A stretch of 62,569 bases of DNA, counting the filler, from Squatina squatina (taxonomy: Eukaryota), in the NCBI GenBank assembly GCA_031763465.1. It is 3 parts of 3 records of this genome, joined end to end, with 100 filler letters (N's around TTAATTAATTAA, not from the genome) between each part and the next. Parts side by side here need not be neighbours in the genome. Positions count along the whole stretch, not along the records: positions 23,812 to 49,795 come from JARFOE010000004.1; 2 more parts are not named here. One strand, 5' to 3'. The notes beneath the pieces are model-generated. The model did no database searches, was not told the origin of the DNA, and saw only the letters and a program-made list of their open reading frames with translations. Shown here piece after piece: positions 37,201 to 49,895 of the stretch. Position numbers and translations under genes: made by a program. The stretch's first letter is position 1. Every line of letters begins with the position of its first letter.

Positions 37201-38114
37201 CCAAAAATTCCCAACCATCTCTCACTGTTATTTTAGTCCTTATCCCTCATGTCAGCATTCATTCAATCATTTCTGTCACCACACGGAATAGTGACTAATG
37301 TAGCTGAAATCCAGAATTTTCGGTATAGCTCATAATATTTTAGCCAGTCATCCCATGAAGATTGCTCATATGCTTAATTTAAACTCCAGGATCATTATGG
37401 TAGAATAAGCTCAAAATGAATTCAATCATATTAGCTTTTCTAGCACGTCAATCAAAATACACCAGTTGATGCCGCTCCTTACTTAAACAAGTCTGGTACC
37501 ATAAACCAGAACTGAAAATACACTGCAGGTAAGTCAGGATTTGCAAACAGATAGNNNNNNNNNNNNNNNNNNNNNNNNNNNNNNNNNNNNNNNNNNNNNN
37601 NNNNNNNNNNNNNNNNNNNNNNNNNNNNNNNNNNNNNNNNNNNNNNNNNNNNNNATATAGGTTCCCAGGAATGATTCCCCACTCAGTTGAGTTCCTATAT
37701 CCTGAAACTTCACCATAGCTGAGCAATACACTGTACTAATGTCCTCATGGTGACGCTGCTTTCTTCTTTGAATCTCAAGAACGACGCTGGGCTTCAATTG
37801 TGTTTTTTATGGGAGATGAATGACAGAGGGTCCAAACTGTCAGCCTCACAGCATGTTTGCTCAGTAAGCTGACCCATGCTGACAGCCACACGTACCTGTC
37901 TAGTCAGTTAGCTTGTTCAATTTGACAGCCACATCACGACTATTCAGTCAGCCTTCTCACTGAGCTATAATTATCAGCTCCCTCTGAACATCCGGTCTAT
38001 CATCTTCCTCAGCAGATTTCAAGTAGCCTTGTCAGAATCTGCTTACCATTGGCTACATAGTGGAGGTATGCTGCCAGTAATCATGATGTAAAACAATATG
38101 TGAATTGGCTTTAC

Positions 38115-38196
38115 CTGTATCCTGGCAGTTCTCCAGTCCAATAGGTTGATCTACGCACTCCATACCACATAGTACCTTCTTTCAACACCTTTTGAC
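38115..38196 (-). pseudogene. Decayed duplicate EGF pseudo-exon, paralogous to the 38501-38634 exon
   Basis: cag|...|gtaaag boundaries. Encodes GMECVDQPIGLEN versus GLQCVDRPIGLEY in the neighbouring exon, but has an upstream in-frame TGA and apparent frameshifts. Confidence 0.65.
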
Positions 38197-38500
38197 CTGA
38201 CATAAATATAGATATATTTATCCTTCAGAACATGGAATAACACATAGGGGTCTGGAGACTCCTCTGCGATCCTACCAGAGGTGGGTGCACAGTCATATGC
38301 AGTCAGGTGAGATTGACCCTGAGAATCCTAAACATGGACTCTGGACCCTATAAAGCTACATGGCTTCAGGTCAAACATGGGCAAGGAANNNNNNNNNNNN
38401 NNNNNNNNNNNNNNNNNNNNNNNNNNNNNNNNNNNNNNNNNNNNNNNNNNNNNNNNNNNNNNNNNNNNNNNNNNNNNNNNNNNNNNNNAAGCTGGCTTAC

Positions 38501-38634
38501 ATGTCCAGAACATGGTGCGAGGCAGATGTACTCCAAACCGATCGGACGATCCACGCACTGCAATCCCCTGGGACAGGTGGCACTTAGTATTGTACAGGCG
38601 TCTGAATCTACTTCGCAATTCTTGCCTTCAAATC
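38501..38634 (-). CDS. EYS: EYS coding exon, EGF-like domain (probable equivalent of human exon 10)
   Basis: 134-bp phase 1-0 exon with ttcttgcag| acceptor and |gtaagc donor. Translates (G)FEGKNCEVDSDACTILSATCPRGLQCVDRPIGLEYICLAPCSGH, alignable by eye to recalled human EYS GSEGEKCQGVIDAYFFLAANCTEDATYVNDPEDNNSSCWFP. Same strand and correct order relative to the 43.4-kb exon. Confidence 0.82.
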
Positions 38635-38989
38635 CTGCAAGAAATGAAATGTCAGGAAATTTGAAGTTAACAGTGGAATGGCAATTCACTGAGGCAAATT
38701 CAACAGTGGTAACTTGGATTTAATATACCCGATAGAGATTAATTACATCATTTTACAAAGCAATGTTAGAACTCATGCAAAACTTAAGCCTTGCTGACAT
38801 TTGAATAGATTTTGAGTGCACTTACATGTTGCTGTGTTTTTTTTTGCATCATTGAGAAACCTTAGTGACAGGCCAAGTGCAGGGTGTTGCCCATGTGGAA
38901 AGGAGCAGGGGGAAGGACAAGGATATTTCCCAAATAACATCTGGGGAATGCCAGATTGCTGCTTTCTGTTTCCAGTGCAATGCCAATGT

Positions 38990-39345
38990 ATGTAGCAAGC
39001 CCAATAAGAGAGGGGCTGGTTCTGGACTTAGTTTTAGGGAATGAAGCTGGGCATGTGGAAAGGATATCAGTTGGGGAGCATTTTGGTGGAAGTGATCATA
39101 ATTCAGTTAGATTTAGGGTAGTTATGGAAAAGGAAAAGATAGACCCGGAATAAAAGTTCTAAATTGGGAAAAAGCTCATTTTACTGAGCTAAGATGTGAT
39201 TTAGCTAAAGTCGACTGGAATCAGCTACTTGCAGGTAAATCAGTGTCAGAGCAGTGGGAGGCATTCAAGGAAGAGATACTGAGGATTCACAGCAAGTATG
39301 TTCCCTTAAAGAAAAATGTGGGACTAACAAATCCAGAACAGAGCA
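38990..39345 (+). mobile_element. CR1-clade LINE ORF2 fragment (endonuclease C-terminus and linker)
   Basis: PIREGLVLDLVLGNEAGHVERISVGEHFGGSDHNSVRF contains the APE SDH motif. Confidence 0.9.
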
Positions 39346-39606
39346 GGACGGGGACCGATAAACTCGCGGTGGGTGTTTGCTAGTGCCGTTGGGGAGGGTT
39401 TAAACTAGAATGGCAGGGGGAAGAGAACCTGAGCAGGGAGACAGAGGAGAGGGAAACGAGGATAGAAATGAGAGACAGAAAAGGAGAAAGCAAAAGTGGA
39501 AAGCAGNNNNNNNNNNNNNNNNNNNNNNNNNNNNNNNNNNNNNNNNNNNNNNNNNNNNNNNNNNNNNNNNNNNNNNNNNNNNNNNNNNNNNNNNNNNNNN
39601 NNNNNN

Positions 39607-40176
39607 CACTAATGGCACCGGCAGCTTCTTGGGGTGTGAAGCTGCCGATCATCGGTGCCCGGGCCACCCTTAAAGGGAAGGACTTTTGGGCCCCTGGCCG
39701 CCATATTTTTTTGTTGGCCGACTCTTGGGTTGGCCGACCGATGGCAGCCCTTGCATCAACTGGGCCACTGTCCTTTAGCCCAGCCCGCCGACTAGCATGC
39801 CGGGCTGCTGGTCTGGTCGATCACTTCCCTGGTGGCCCAGTGGCAGCCATTGGGGCGTGCTGAAAAGTGGGCGACGGCCCTCCCCTTTAAATAAAGGGGA
39901 GGGGCGTTGTAGCGCTTCAGTGCTCCGTGGAGCATCTGCCGAGTGTTGACCTCCGAAGCATGCTGCTGAACATACAAGCGCCGTGCTTGACGCAGCGCCA
40001 TGCTACCGCCACATTACCATCCCGAAACTGAAGCAGACAGCACTCCGCTTCATTTCCAGGGCGGGCAAGGGTAAGGGCAATATCACATTGGGGGCGGGAC
40101 TGCCGGGGCTGGTGCTAAAAGTTCTGCTCCCAGAGAGTTACCACCCCCAAACGAGACGCTCTGCAATTTCACGCCC
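39607..40176. mobile_element. GC-rich MITE-like element, right part
   Basis: Shares ggccctccctttaa and gttgac-tcc motifs with 33543-34218 and ends ctgcaatttcacgccc. Confidence 0.65.
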
Positions 40177-42512
40177 GATGTTTCCTGCAGTGAATCGGTA
40201 CAGTTTCTGCTGTATGAGTTATGGTTATTAACAGCTGAAAATCAAAGCCGTACTGTAAAGCAATCACTAACATCATAAAATGTTATAAACGAGAGAGATT
40301 TCCTTGAACAAGATCTCTGTGGAATTCAATTGTTTCGAAGGTGAATATTAAGCCTGGAGATGGTCCTCAGTGGCCAGTATAGGTTATCACATGACAAATA
40401 CAAAGAAAAGATTGTAGTTTCCCGTATTCCAGACTGGCCGGCAGTCAGACTCAGTGCAAGGTATGATGTTTGTCAGCATGTTTAGAGATTACCAATCCGC
40501 TCACACGCTTACTGATTCATCTTCCCTTTATGCCTAAATATGTAAAATAATGAATAGGTGTGTAAAGTACTCAGTATGGCAGCAAAAGGTGGAGGCTATA
40601 TGATTGGTCCAAAGTTTAGGTTGAGGCTGGGTTCCAGGCTGAGGTTCAGCAGGCTACTGTAAAGAGGTGGCAGTGAGCTCATAAGTGCAGAGTAGGAAAT
40701 TGGGTGCAAATTCAGGCTGGGAGCAGGAAGTCAGGAGGGTGGCACAGTGCCGGGAGAGGAAGCAATGGGAAAATTGACCGCAGGGATAGGTGGCTACTGT
40801 AGTATCAATCATGGTGGCTTTATTTGTTATAGTTCTTGGATTAGGTGGATTCCCCTGCTACATGGCTGATAATACTATGGAATTAGCATAGAGCAATCAG
40901 TGTACACAAAAGGGACAGGTAGACATGGGTCAACACCAGCATTCTTTTGAATACTATATAGATGTTGCATTGTATTTAAGAAATGCTTGATGAAATCCAC
41001 AGCTCAGTGACTAGATGATGCAAGCTCAATAGTATGTCATGTATGAAGCTTATCTTGTGCTAACCAAGTGTACACTCATGACAATGACTACACTGCTAGC
41101 ATTAGGAAATTTTATTCATTTCAGCATCAGGAGACACATTCTCTTGATATCGTTTGATTTCAAAACCTCTTATAATTCCCTTGCAGATAAGATTTTTCTC
41201 CATAAGGNNNNNNNNNNNNNNNNNNNNNNNNNNNNNNNNNNNNNNNNNNNNNNNNNNNNNNNNNNNNNNNNNNNNNNNNNNNNNNNNNNNNNNNNNNNNN
41301 NNNNNNNAATTTTTTTTTCCAAAGAGACCAATGCCTCATTATTTTGCAGGACCCTGAAACCGACGCGAACAAATCCTTTTTTCGGCAGCTAACACTGCCA
41401 CTGTGGTGCTAACCAATTTGGACACCCTTGTCTAAAGTTGCAAAGCAAGCAAGAGAAGCAAACGTCCACAGCAGCAACAGACTCTCCACCAAAAGGGGTT
41501 CAGGTTTCCAAAACCGTCACCAGACATTTCATTCCAGGGAACAAAATCAGTAGCCACTCATTCTGTGCCAAGTGCAATGAAGCCTAGCTTTATATCCAGT
41601 AATTTCCTGTTTAATCATTTGTCATGTCTTTAATAAAACATAATTGATATCCAGTGATCCAGAGAAAGTGAATTGGAAGAAGTGCCAACTTTCAGTGATT
41701 GGAAGTATCACATTCAAATGTTGAAGGTCAAGCTGTGTAGTTCGCTCTTCTATCCCATACTTTTAGCTATTGGAACAGACAATCTTTTGTATCAATTAAC
41801 GAAGGGAAAGGTCTTGGGAGTTTGGGTCAAAATTGAAAATTCTGAGGAGATCGATGCCTTTGCTTTTTAGGTAAATCCAGTGTAATCTCAATTTATTTGA
41901 CAGTCAAGAATCCATTAATTCCCTAAAGGATATTTAATTTAAAAAATTAAGGGTTGAAGTGATAGAAGGCAAAATCCAATGAGATTCTATAGTTTCAGTC
42001 ATACAAAAATCTACATTAGTGTGAAATTAAAGCAAATGCACAATTTAAAAATGCCTAACCTGATATGAATGTGCTGTGTTTATGATACAACTTTAAAATG
42101 TGAAAACTGGATGCATGTTGTACAGGAAGAGATTTGGACAATAAATTAAGTACACAGTACAGGAAAAGAATTACCCTTCGCACATTAAAAATGCAATAAT
42201 TACTTCTTGTCCCGTTTTAATACTATCTGATAACAACAATGTTACTCTGTACGTTTTCTGAGGTATCAGGCAAGTTATAACAGATGGCACAACTGAGTAG
42301 CTAATCACAATATTAGATTTGGGCAATGCAACTGTGAAGTGTGCACTATTTTGTGTGGTCATGGTACAAGAATACAGATCACTGAACTCAGCTTATTGTC
42401 AGCAGCATGAAGGCCCAGTGAAGTATTATTTTCAAATTGGAGGGAAAACCAATTAAAAAGCAAAGTATAGCAGGCATGGGAGGTAATCACACAAGTCTCA
42501 CACCACACCCAT

Positions 42513-43226
42513 AGGCTGGAATTTTGCTGTGCTCAGAGGGCAGGATTGGAGCCTGGACCCCGCTGTCAATCCGCCTGCATGTCAGTTTCCCAAATGCCTG
42601 ATCTGCCTGCATTTTACAGACCTAACACCAAGTGGCAGGGCAGACAATTGACATAGTTAAGGGTCAGTTAAAAAGTACTTAAACAGCACTTTACCATGTG
42701 CTTACCACTTTTCTAGGTTTTTGATAAGCTTCATGATACTCGGGGATCACATCATGTAAGTAGGTCGAATTTTCAATGACTCTCCATTCTTCTGAATAGG
42801 TGACAGTTGTAAAAGTAGTATAAAAGCTACCATTTCACAGCTATTTACTTTTCAATGTTAGAAGCTGGAGCCTTCAGGATTTGAAATACACTTTTCAGCT
42901 TTAGGAAGATTAGTAGTGTTTGGAGTGAACTCTCTATCCACTGCCCCCTCCTTGGAGCAAGCTCTCTCACCACTGACAGATCTCTTCTGTCATCTCAACT
43001 TCAGCTGCCATCTATTCCAGCAGCATTGGTGCCCTTGAAGATATCTCACCTTGGTCCTCAGGAGCCCATCACGATCAGCCCCAACACCAACAGCACCAGA
43101 CACAACAACACCTACCTGCTCCGCAATCACCTGATGCTGCACAAGACTTTGGGCATCAACACATGACCACATTGCTGCCCGGGAGGCCAAGGATGGCCTC
43201 ACCATGGCCAGATTTACTTCACTTGA
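42513..43226. mobile_element. Degraded DNA-transposon/MITE-like element
   Basis: Starts ggctggaattttgc like other elements here; interior diverged; ends at a gap. Confidence 0.4.
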
Positions 43227-43414
43227 NNNNNNNNNNNNNNNNNNNNNNNNNNNNNNNNNNNNNNNNNNNNNNNNNNNNNNNNNNNNNNNNNNNNNNNNNN
43301 NNNNNNNNNNNNNNNNNNNNNNNNNNATGAGTAGTAATTATTAGCAAGCAACAGTCAAATTAATAGTGAAAATAAACTGGGAACTAAACAACCCAACGCC
43401 GATTTGAGCTTTAC

Positions 43415-43528
43415 CTTTGTACTCACGGTCACACATGCAAACAAAAGTATTCAGTGTCATGTTGCTGCAGTTTCCATGGATACAGACATGTGGCTCACAC
43501 TGCCCAATCAGCTCAGAACAATTATCAC
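43415..43528 (-). CDS. EYS: EYS coding exon, EGF-like domain (equivalent of human exon 5)
   Basis: 114-bp phase 1-1 exon with tttgcacag| acceptor and |gtaaag donor. Translates (G)DNCSELIGQCEPHVCIHGNCSNMTLNTFVCMCDREYK(G), close to recalled human EYS GKNCSEIIGQCQPHVCFHGNCSNITSNSFICECDEQFSG. Confidence 0.93.
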
Positions 43529-45599
43529 CTGTGCAAAACATCAAAATTAAGAGTTAATTATATAATTCACCATCAGCTTTAGCCGACCGACTGCAACATT
43601 AACCTGCAGGCCTTTTATAGTAAAATGAGCTAATTACAATAAATGTCAAAATGCATTGTTAAATGCCAACTCGCATTTGTGAACCATTTACTTAATAATC
43701 AGCTACAGACTACGTCTAAACCAAAATGATAACATAAGAGCGAATTATTGCCATTGCTAGTAGTTTTGCAGTTAACCAATCAACCCTGTGGCGTTTTCCT
43801 TTGATAGAGCAGTTCACAAACAGCTTATAGATATCATTGTGACACCCACAAAGGGTGGTTGGCACTTCAATTGTAAAGTCAGCAGGCTGCCTGTAATTCC
43901 AAGGAAAAATATTTGCCTCTCGTATAGCGATGGTATACATTGTTTTAAACAGACTCACAATGCAAGTGTAAATTGTTTATTGAAAGGGCTCTTGGACAAA
44001 GCAGAACATGTAACTCCTGTAAATGTACTCTACTGATTTGTCACAAGCCTGGATCATTGCTTACTCGATTACAACACGAAAAAACTTTATTTAAAGTCCT
44101 CTCCTCCATCTCCCAGTGGACTACTACAGCAACAACAATGTGAATTTACATAGCACCTTTAACATGGTAAAATGTCTCAAGTGTAGAATTCAGTATAAGA
44201 ATTCTCAATTTCTGCCCAGGACATTTTTGTATCCAAAATGGCGTTTTGTCCCATTTAAAAGAAGATGGCAGTAATCAAAANNNNNNNNNNNNNNNNNNNN
44301 NNNNNNNNNNNNNNNNNNNNNNNNNNNNNNNNNNNNNNNNNNNNNNNNNNNNNNNNNNNNNNNNNNNNNNNNNNNNNNNNCCAGCAAGGAGCAATTATAC
44401 ATTTGTCAATATCGACACAAGCTCATACATTGTCATACGTCTGATGGAGGTTAGACTTTATGTCAGCCAAAGAGATAAAAAATCAATATAGCACAAGGCT
44501 TTTCTTTTGAAGGCTAGCTCTACAGGGATAAGTTTAGGGGGAAAAAAATCAAATTTTGAATTTTCATTCTTACTGATTTATAGCCAGAACCCAGGCGATA
44601 ATTTGAGAGATTTGTTTCCAGTTCAGCTGAAATCAAAACAATATCATAAGCTGCTCGTGGTGTCATTTAATTCAGAGAGCTGTCTGTGAAAATCCAGATA
44701 AATGGCTGCTTTGTTATAGTGTCCTTTTAATGAAAAATAATGCTGACAATTGGGTACTAGAAGTACGTTTTTATATAAAAGTAGCACTCTGGTCTGGTTT
44801 GCAATAGAGCATTTGTCTTCCATTGAGAAGGCCCAGCTTTTATTGATACTGAAACTTGGCTGTCCTCTGAGGATAGTTTGTGTTGTTGCTTGGCAGGCTC
44901 ATCAACTAGAATGGCCCATNNNNNNNNNNNNNNNNNNNNNNNNNNNNNNNNNNNNNNNNNNNNNNNNNNNNNNNNNNNNNNNNNNNNNNNNNNNNNNNNN
45001 NNNNNNNNNNNNNNNNNNNATTTTTTTTCAAGCCATATGGGAAGCAATTTAAATTAACATCATGTTCCCTTCTTGTTGGAATTTGAAATAGGAGTGGGGT
45101 AGTTAAGAAGACATGCAGCACCTTATTTACTGAAGCAATTGCTTTTTGACTACTTTCCAGAAATTATAACTTCTCAATTACCTACTTGGCTAAATGCAAA
45201 CAGATGGCAATAACCACTAAAGTTAATTTAATGGACAAATTACTATTGTTCTTTGGGTAGTAATGGCATCTAGGAAGATTTTGTTTCAGATCTCCACTCC
45301 ATATGAACAATCTGTATTTAGAGAAAATGCAATGAAAAACTAATATACCCATTAACAGCTCATAAAGCTATTAGCCAAACAAGATTTTTTTAGAAGGCTG
45401 TAAGTTCTTTCCAGTTCCAATTTCCATCACAAGTTCCAGCAAGATGTACTTGTGGTATTTGGGTCAGGGTAGAATTAAATTGAGCTATGACAACTAACAA
45501 GGTTCAATAGCCACTGCTTCAGGCAGTGCTTCATGTAAAGAATCAGACTCCAGAATAAGGAAGGAAAAATTGGATGCAAAAAAACCCACTTCTATTTGC

Positions 45600-45875
45600 A
45601 AGAAAGAAGAACTTGCATTTATATAGAGCCTTTCATGGCCACAAGACACCACAGAGGTACTTTTGTAGTGTAATAACTGTTGTAGTGTANNNNNNNNNNN
45701 NNNNNNNNNNNNNNNNNNNNNNNNNNNNNNNNNNNNNNNNNNNNNNNNNNNNNNNNNNNNNNNNNNNNNNNNNNNNNNNNNNNNNNNNNACAGTGCAGCA
45801 CTCCCTCAGCACTGCAGTGAAGTGTCAGCCTAGATTAATGCGCTCAAGTTCCAGGAGTATGACTTGAACCCACAA
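45600..45875 (-). mobile_element. Deu-type SINE spanning a gap
   Basis: Tail aacttgcatttatatag and head cagcactccctcagcactgcagtgaagtgtcagcctagat. Confidence 0.75.
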
Positions 45876-45889
45876 GAAGAACAAAGGAG

Positions 45890-46515
45890 CATAGAACACC
45901 TGGTACATAAATCATTTAAACTTACCTCGCAGGTGCAAAAAGTGATCAAAAGACTAATGGGGTGCTGGCATCAGAAGAGGAATAGTGATGTAAAATATTA
46001 AAGCAACTGCAATTATCCAAAGCTTCTGTCAGATGGAATTTGGAAGACAGTCAGATTTGGATGTCCTACCTTAGGAAGGATATATTGGCCTTGGAAAGTC
46101 CAGTGATAATTGACGAGGATGACTTACAAGATGAAGGAATTGAGAGACTAGGTAAAATTTGGTTATATTCCCTGGACAATGTATGATATGATTAACAGTT
46201 AAAGTAGAGGGGAATAGATAGAGGGGAATCCAGAAAAAGACAGCAAATTTAAAAATTAGAGCTAAGCCATTCAGAGGCGAAATCAGGATGCAATTTTTTC
46301 ACACAAAGGACAGTGGAAATCTTGAACTTGCTCCGCAAAAGGCTGTGGATGCTGGGTCAATGGACATTTTAAGACTGAGGTGGATAATTTTTTTTTTAGG
46401 TAAAGTCATCAAGGGATATGAATCAAAGGTAAATGGAGTTGAGTTACAGATCAGCCATGATCCAATTGAATGGCAGAACAGCTCGTGGGGCTGAATGGCC
46501 TCTTTCTGTTCCTGT
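45890..46515 (+). mobile_element. CR1-clade LINE 3' end, degraded
   Basis: cttaggaaggatatattggccttgg, tttttcacacaaagg and 3' UTR cagatcagccatgatc...gggctgaatggcc. Confidence 0.8.
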
Positions 46516-48591
46516 GCTCCATTCATCTCACTTGTTGTTCATGGGATCTGCTGTTGCCAAATTGACAGCTGCCTTTGCTTACACAACAGTGCTTACACTT
46601 CAAGAGTAACTCATTCATTGTGAAGCTTTTGGATGTTCTGATGATGTAACAAGGTGTTCTTTAAATGCTTTATGGGGAATGAAAGGTTGATGGCTGGTTC
46701 TTCCCCCTTGCCCCAACTCCCACCCCCCATACAGCTCAATTATGTTTCCTGGTGGTTGGAACAAGGAGTAGCTTTGTTNNNNNNNNNNNNNNNNNNNNNN
46801 NNNNNNNNNNNNNNNNNNNNNNNNNNNNNNNNNNNNNNNNNNNNNNNNNNNNNNNNNNNNNNNNNNNNNNNNNNNNNNGAGTTGCTCCAGTGAATACCAA
46901 GTCATTTAGACAGCAAGGGTCCCAGTTCCAATCCCTGATGGGTCATCTGATCCCTGCCAGGACATTGGTAGTTGCCATCCATCCAGGTCCTAATTATTAT
47001 CCCTGGAACTCGCGATATGTCAGCATCAGGTGAGACCAGGATCAGACTCAGCTGTCACACCCCCAGGGTAAAATAACCTGCCCCTGCTGACTGTAGTGAC
47101 TCACATAATAAGGTGCACTTGGGTATGGAACTATCACCCAACAAAAAAAGTCCAGATCTTTGGGAGCAGAGGAGAGAAGGGAAAATTGGTGATTTAAAAC
47201 ATTCTCACAATCATTTTAATATAGCATTATTGTCTTACATTACACTAAAATAGATGGCTCATTTACAAGACTCTGAAGGCCCTACTAATTAAACTGCAAG
47301 GACATCACTAATTGTTTTACATTGTTCCCAGACTAGCATGAAATACTTTTCAAGTTATTTATGTTCACATCTCTCAGTGTTAGGCTTAGATTTACCAGAG
47401 GCTTCAAACATTTTAATAGACTTACATTACTAAGCTCTATAATTAGATGTAAATTGCACTTAATGGTGACCTTTTTCAGTCCAAGACTAAACAACTAACG
47501 TCTTACTGATAAGCGCGAGTGTTCTGTTAGATATTATATTGTCAAATTTTCATGGCTCCTCCAAAAAAGGTGTTTTGTTAGAAAATGTACCAGATCTGTA
47601 GTCATTTCACGTAAGATAATTATCATATCTTGTTTCTATAGTGATGTAACATTTGTACAACAGTACAAAACTACACTAAAATCACAAAATAAATAGAGAT
47701 GAGCAAGACCACTTGACCCATATGATCTCAGCAGTTTATAAAACTAAAGTACTCCCCTCATCACAACATCCAACTGTCTCTTAAACGACTCCATTACCCT
47801 ACTTAGCAGTCCATTGCAATTTTTAATCCTTGGACACGAAGAAGAGATTGCAATACCATTCTTAAATTCAGTTTCAACACTTTGAACCTGTGCCTCCCCC
47901 AAACTTTCTTTCCGGCCACGCCCATGAGATGTATGCATGCTTACTATCTCACCTACCTCTGTGAGGCCCTACCCTGTCACCTCTTTCACGGTTGAAGGAC
48001 CACAAAATTCTCCAATGTTCCCTCATAGTTCAATTTTGTGCCATTAAGGAAGCGAATCTGGTGCCTCTTCTCAGCATCAACTCAAAGGCTGGAATCTTTC
48101 CTTTATATCTTTTTGACCAACATTTAACACTGCACTGAAGTCATAGTCTGTTTAGTGCACTGTAGATTATATATTTTTTAAACTTTACAAGAAAACAAAA
48201 ACAACACAAACATAACTTACCCAACAAAGATACTGGTTTTCTGAGGTAGATTTTCCAATTCATGCCCTTGGTGTTGAGATTCAGATGGTCCAACCCAAAT
48301 GGATGAAAATCAAAGCCCAATGATGTCAATTGGCCAGATCACTGTTGTGGGCAGTTCCGTACTCTGGTGTTCCAGGCAGACAGTAGTGCTCACAGGAAAT
48401 GTGGCTCCCCGCTGGGATCATGGAATCATCTGATATTTGCTCCCAATGATGAAGCTCCACACTTCGAGTTTGAGAGTGTTAAAATTTACCCCATTGTACT
48501 TGGAGTCCTTGGACAACAGTGTCACACTATTGCTGTATGGCTACCTGCCTAGAAAAACCTTAAATTGATCATGAATCTAAATATTGAACTA

Positions 48592-49443
48592 TTGAGCCTG
48601 AAATTGCGGTTGTAGGCTTCCGGGTGATCTCGGAGGTTTGGGCACTTGCGCTCTTGGGCCTCGATGTGTAGGCCTGCATAGAGGCCCACGTATCCCAGGG
48701 GTGCAGGCGGTTCACAAGTGCCCCTGGGATCATTTGGGCTGGCCCAACCAATGAAAGCAGGGATTTCCCATTCATACTTATGAGGATTGGAATCCCGTAA
48801 ATATGAATGGGAATACCCTCAAAATACACGTAAACTTAAAATTAATTTTTTTAAATTCACATATTTAAAATGAATTAAAATNNNNNNNNNNTGGGTCTCT
48901 CCAGGTACCTGCGGGCAGAGGCCCATGTATGTACGGAATCCCCATAAGTATGAATGGGAACATCCCCCAAAAATACCTCTGCACTTAAAATAAATTTTAA
49001 ACAATTATATATTTTAAATTAATTAAAATGGCATTTAATTAAATATTTAAAACAAAACTTTAATTTTTTGAAAAATAAATTTACATGTTTTAATGAGTCT
49101 AGAAATAAATGTGCCTTATTTTACATGTGTTTTAATGTTAAAATGAATGAAAAACAATGTATTATTATGTCCTTTGATAATGTCTTATGCCTGCTAAAAG
49201 CAGGCCTTACGTCTGCTTTTACATGGCGTAAGAATTTCACGGGCATTCACTGGGCATAAGTTTAGCAAATAACTCAACTCTCTGCCTGCAGAGGCCCTTT
49301 TCCAGGGAGTGTGTGCGATCTACAGATCGCAAGTTCCGGGTTCAGGCACATGCGCAGTGTATGTCTAATTCTGGAACTTGCGCGGTCCCTATGAGCATGT
49401 GCTCACCTCGTAGATGCCCGTACGGGCTACACATTATGGCCCA
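48592..49443. mobile_element. MITE-like element(s) with GC-rich arms and an AT-rich core
   Basis: Starts gagcctgaaattgcgg; arms are similar to 51040-51800 (acttgcg-tcttgggcctc, ctggaacttgc-gtccctatg). Confidence 0.7.
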
Positions 49444-49795
49444 TTAAAGCAGATCCTTCTAGCCAACAATATCCAATTAAGTAGTTCAAGTCATGGAGCA
49501 ACCATCTTGGTTAGGTGCTCTTTTGCCATTCTATTTTATTCAAGGTATCATTTTGAACTGCAGCTTTAGTTCTTCAGAAGTAGCTCTGGGACCTCAGTAC
49601 AACCACCATTCAGGATGTTCTCAACCAATGTTTTCAACATGTAAAAACAAAAAGAGCCTCATTGAAGAGGACAAACTCTCCAAATTAATGCACCAATACC
49701 ACATTGGATCTCAAAATCACATACAGTCAACCCTGCTTTCATGATGACAGTTAAAGCACAGTCTGGACCATAAGGAATTAAGGTGGCTTGTCAGG

Positions 49796-49895
49796 NNNNN
49801 NNNNNNNNNNNNNNNNNNNNNNNNNNNNNNNNNNNNNNNTTAATTAATTAANNNNNNNNNNNNNNNNNNNNNNNNNNNNNNNNNNNNNNNNNNNN
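49796..49895. other. Artificial scaffold linker (44 N + TTAATTAATTAA + 44 N)
   Basis: 12-mer at 49840-49851 with the same geometry as 23712-23811. Confidence 0.95.

Noticed and set aside
37444-37528. Plus-strand exon-like segment (ttttctag|...cag|gtaagt)
   Set aside because: Stops in all three frames and no homology recognised.
42171-42362. Possible missing EYS exon (ends ...MCEG with a gtaa donor-like site)
   Set aside because: No EGF cysteine spacing in any frame and no similarity to recalled EYS exons 6-9.
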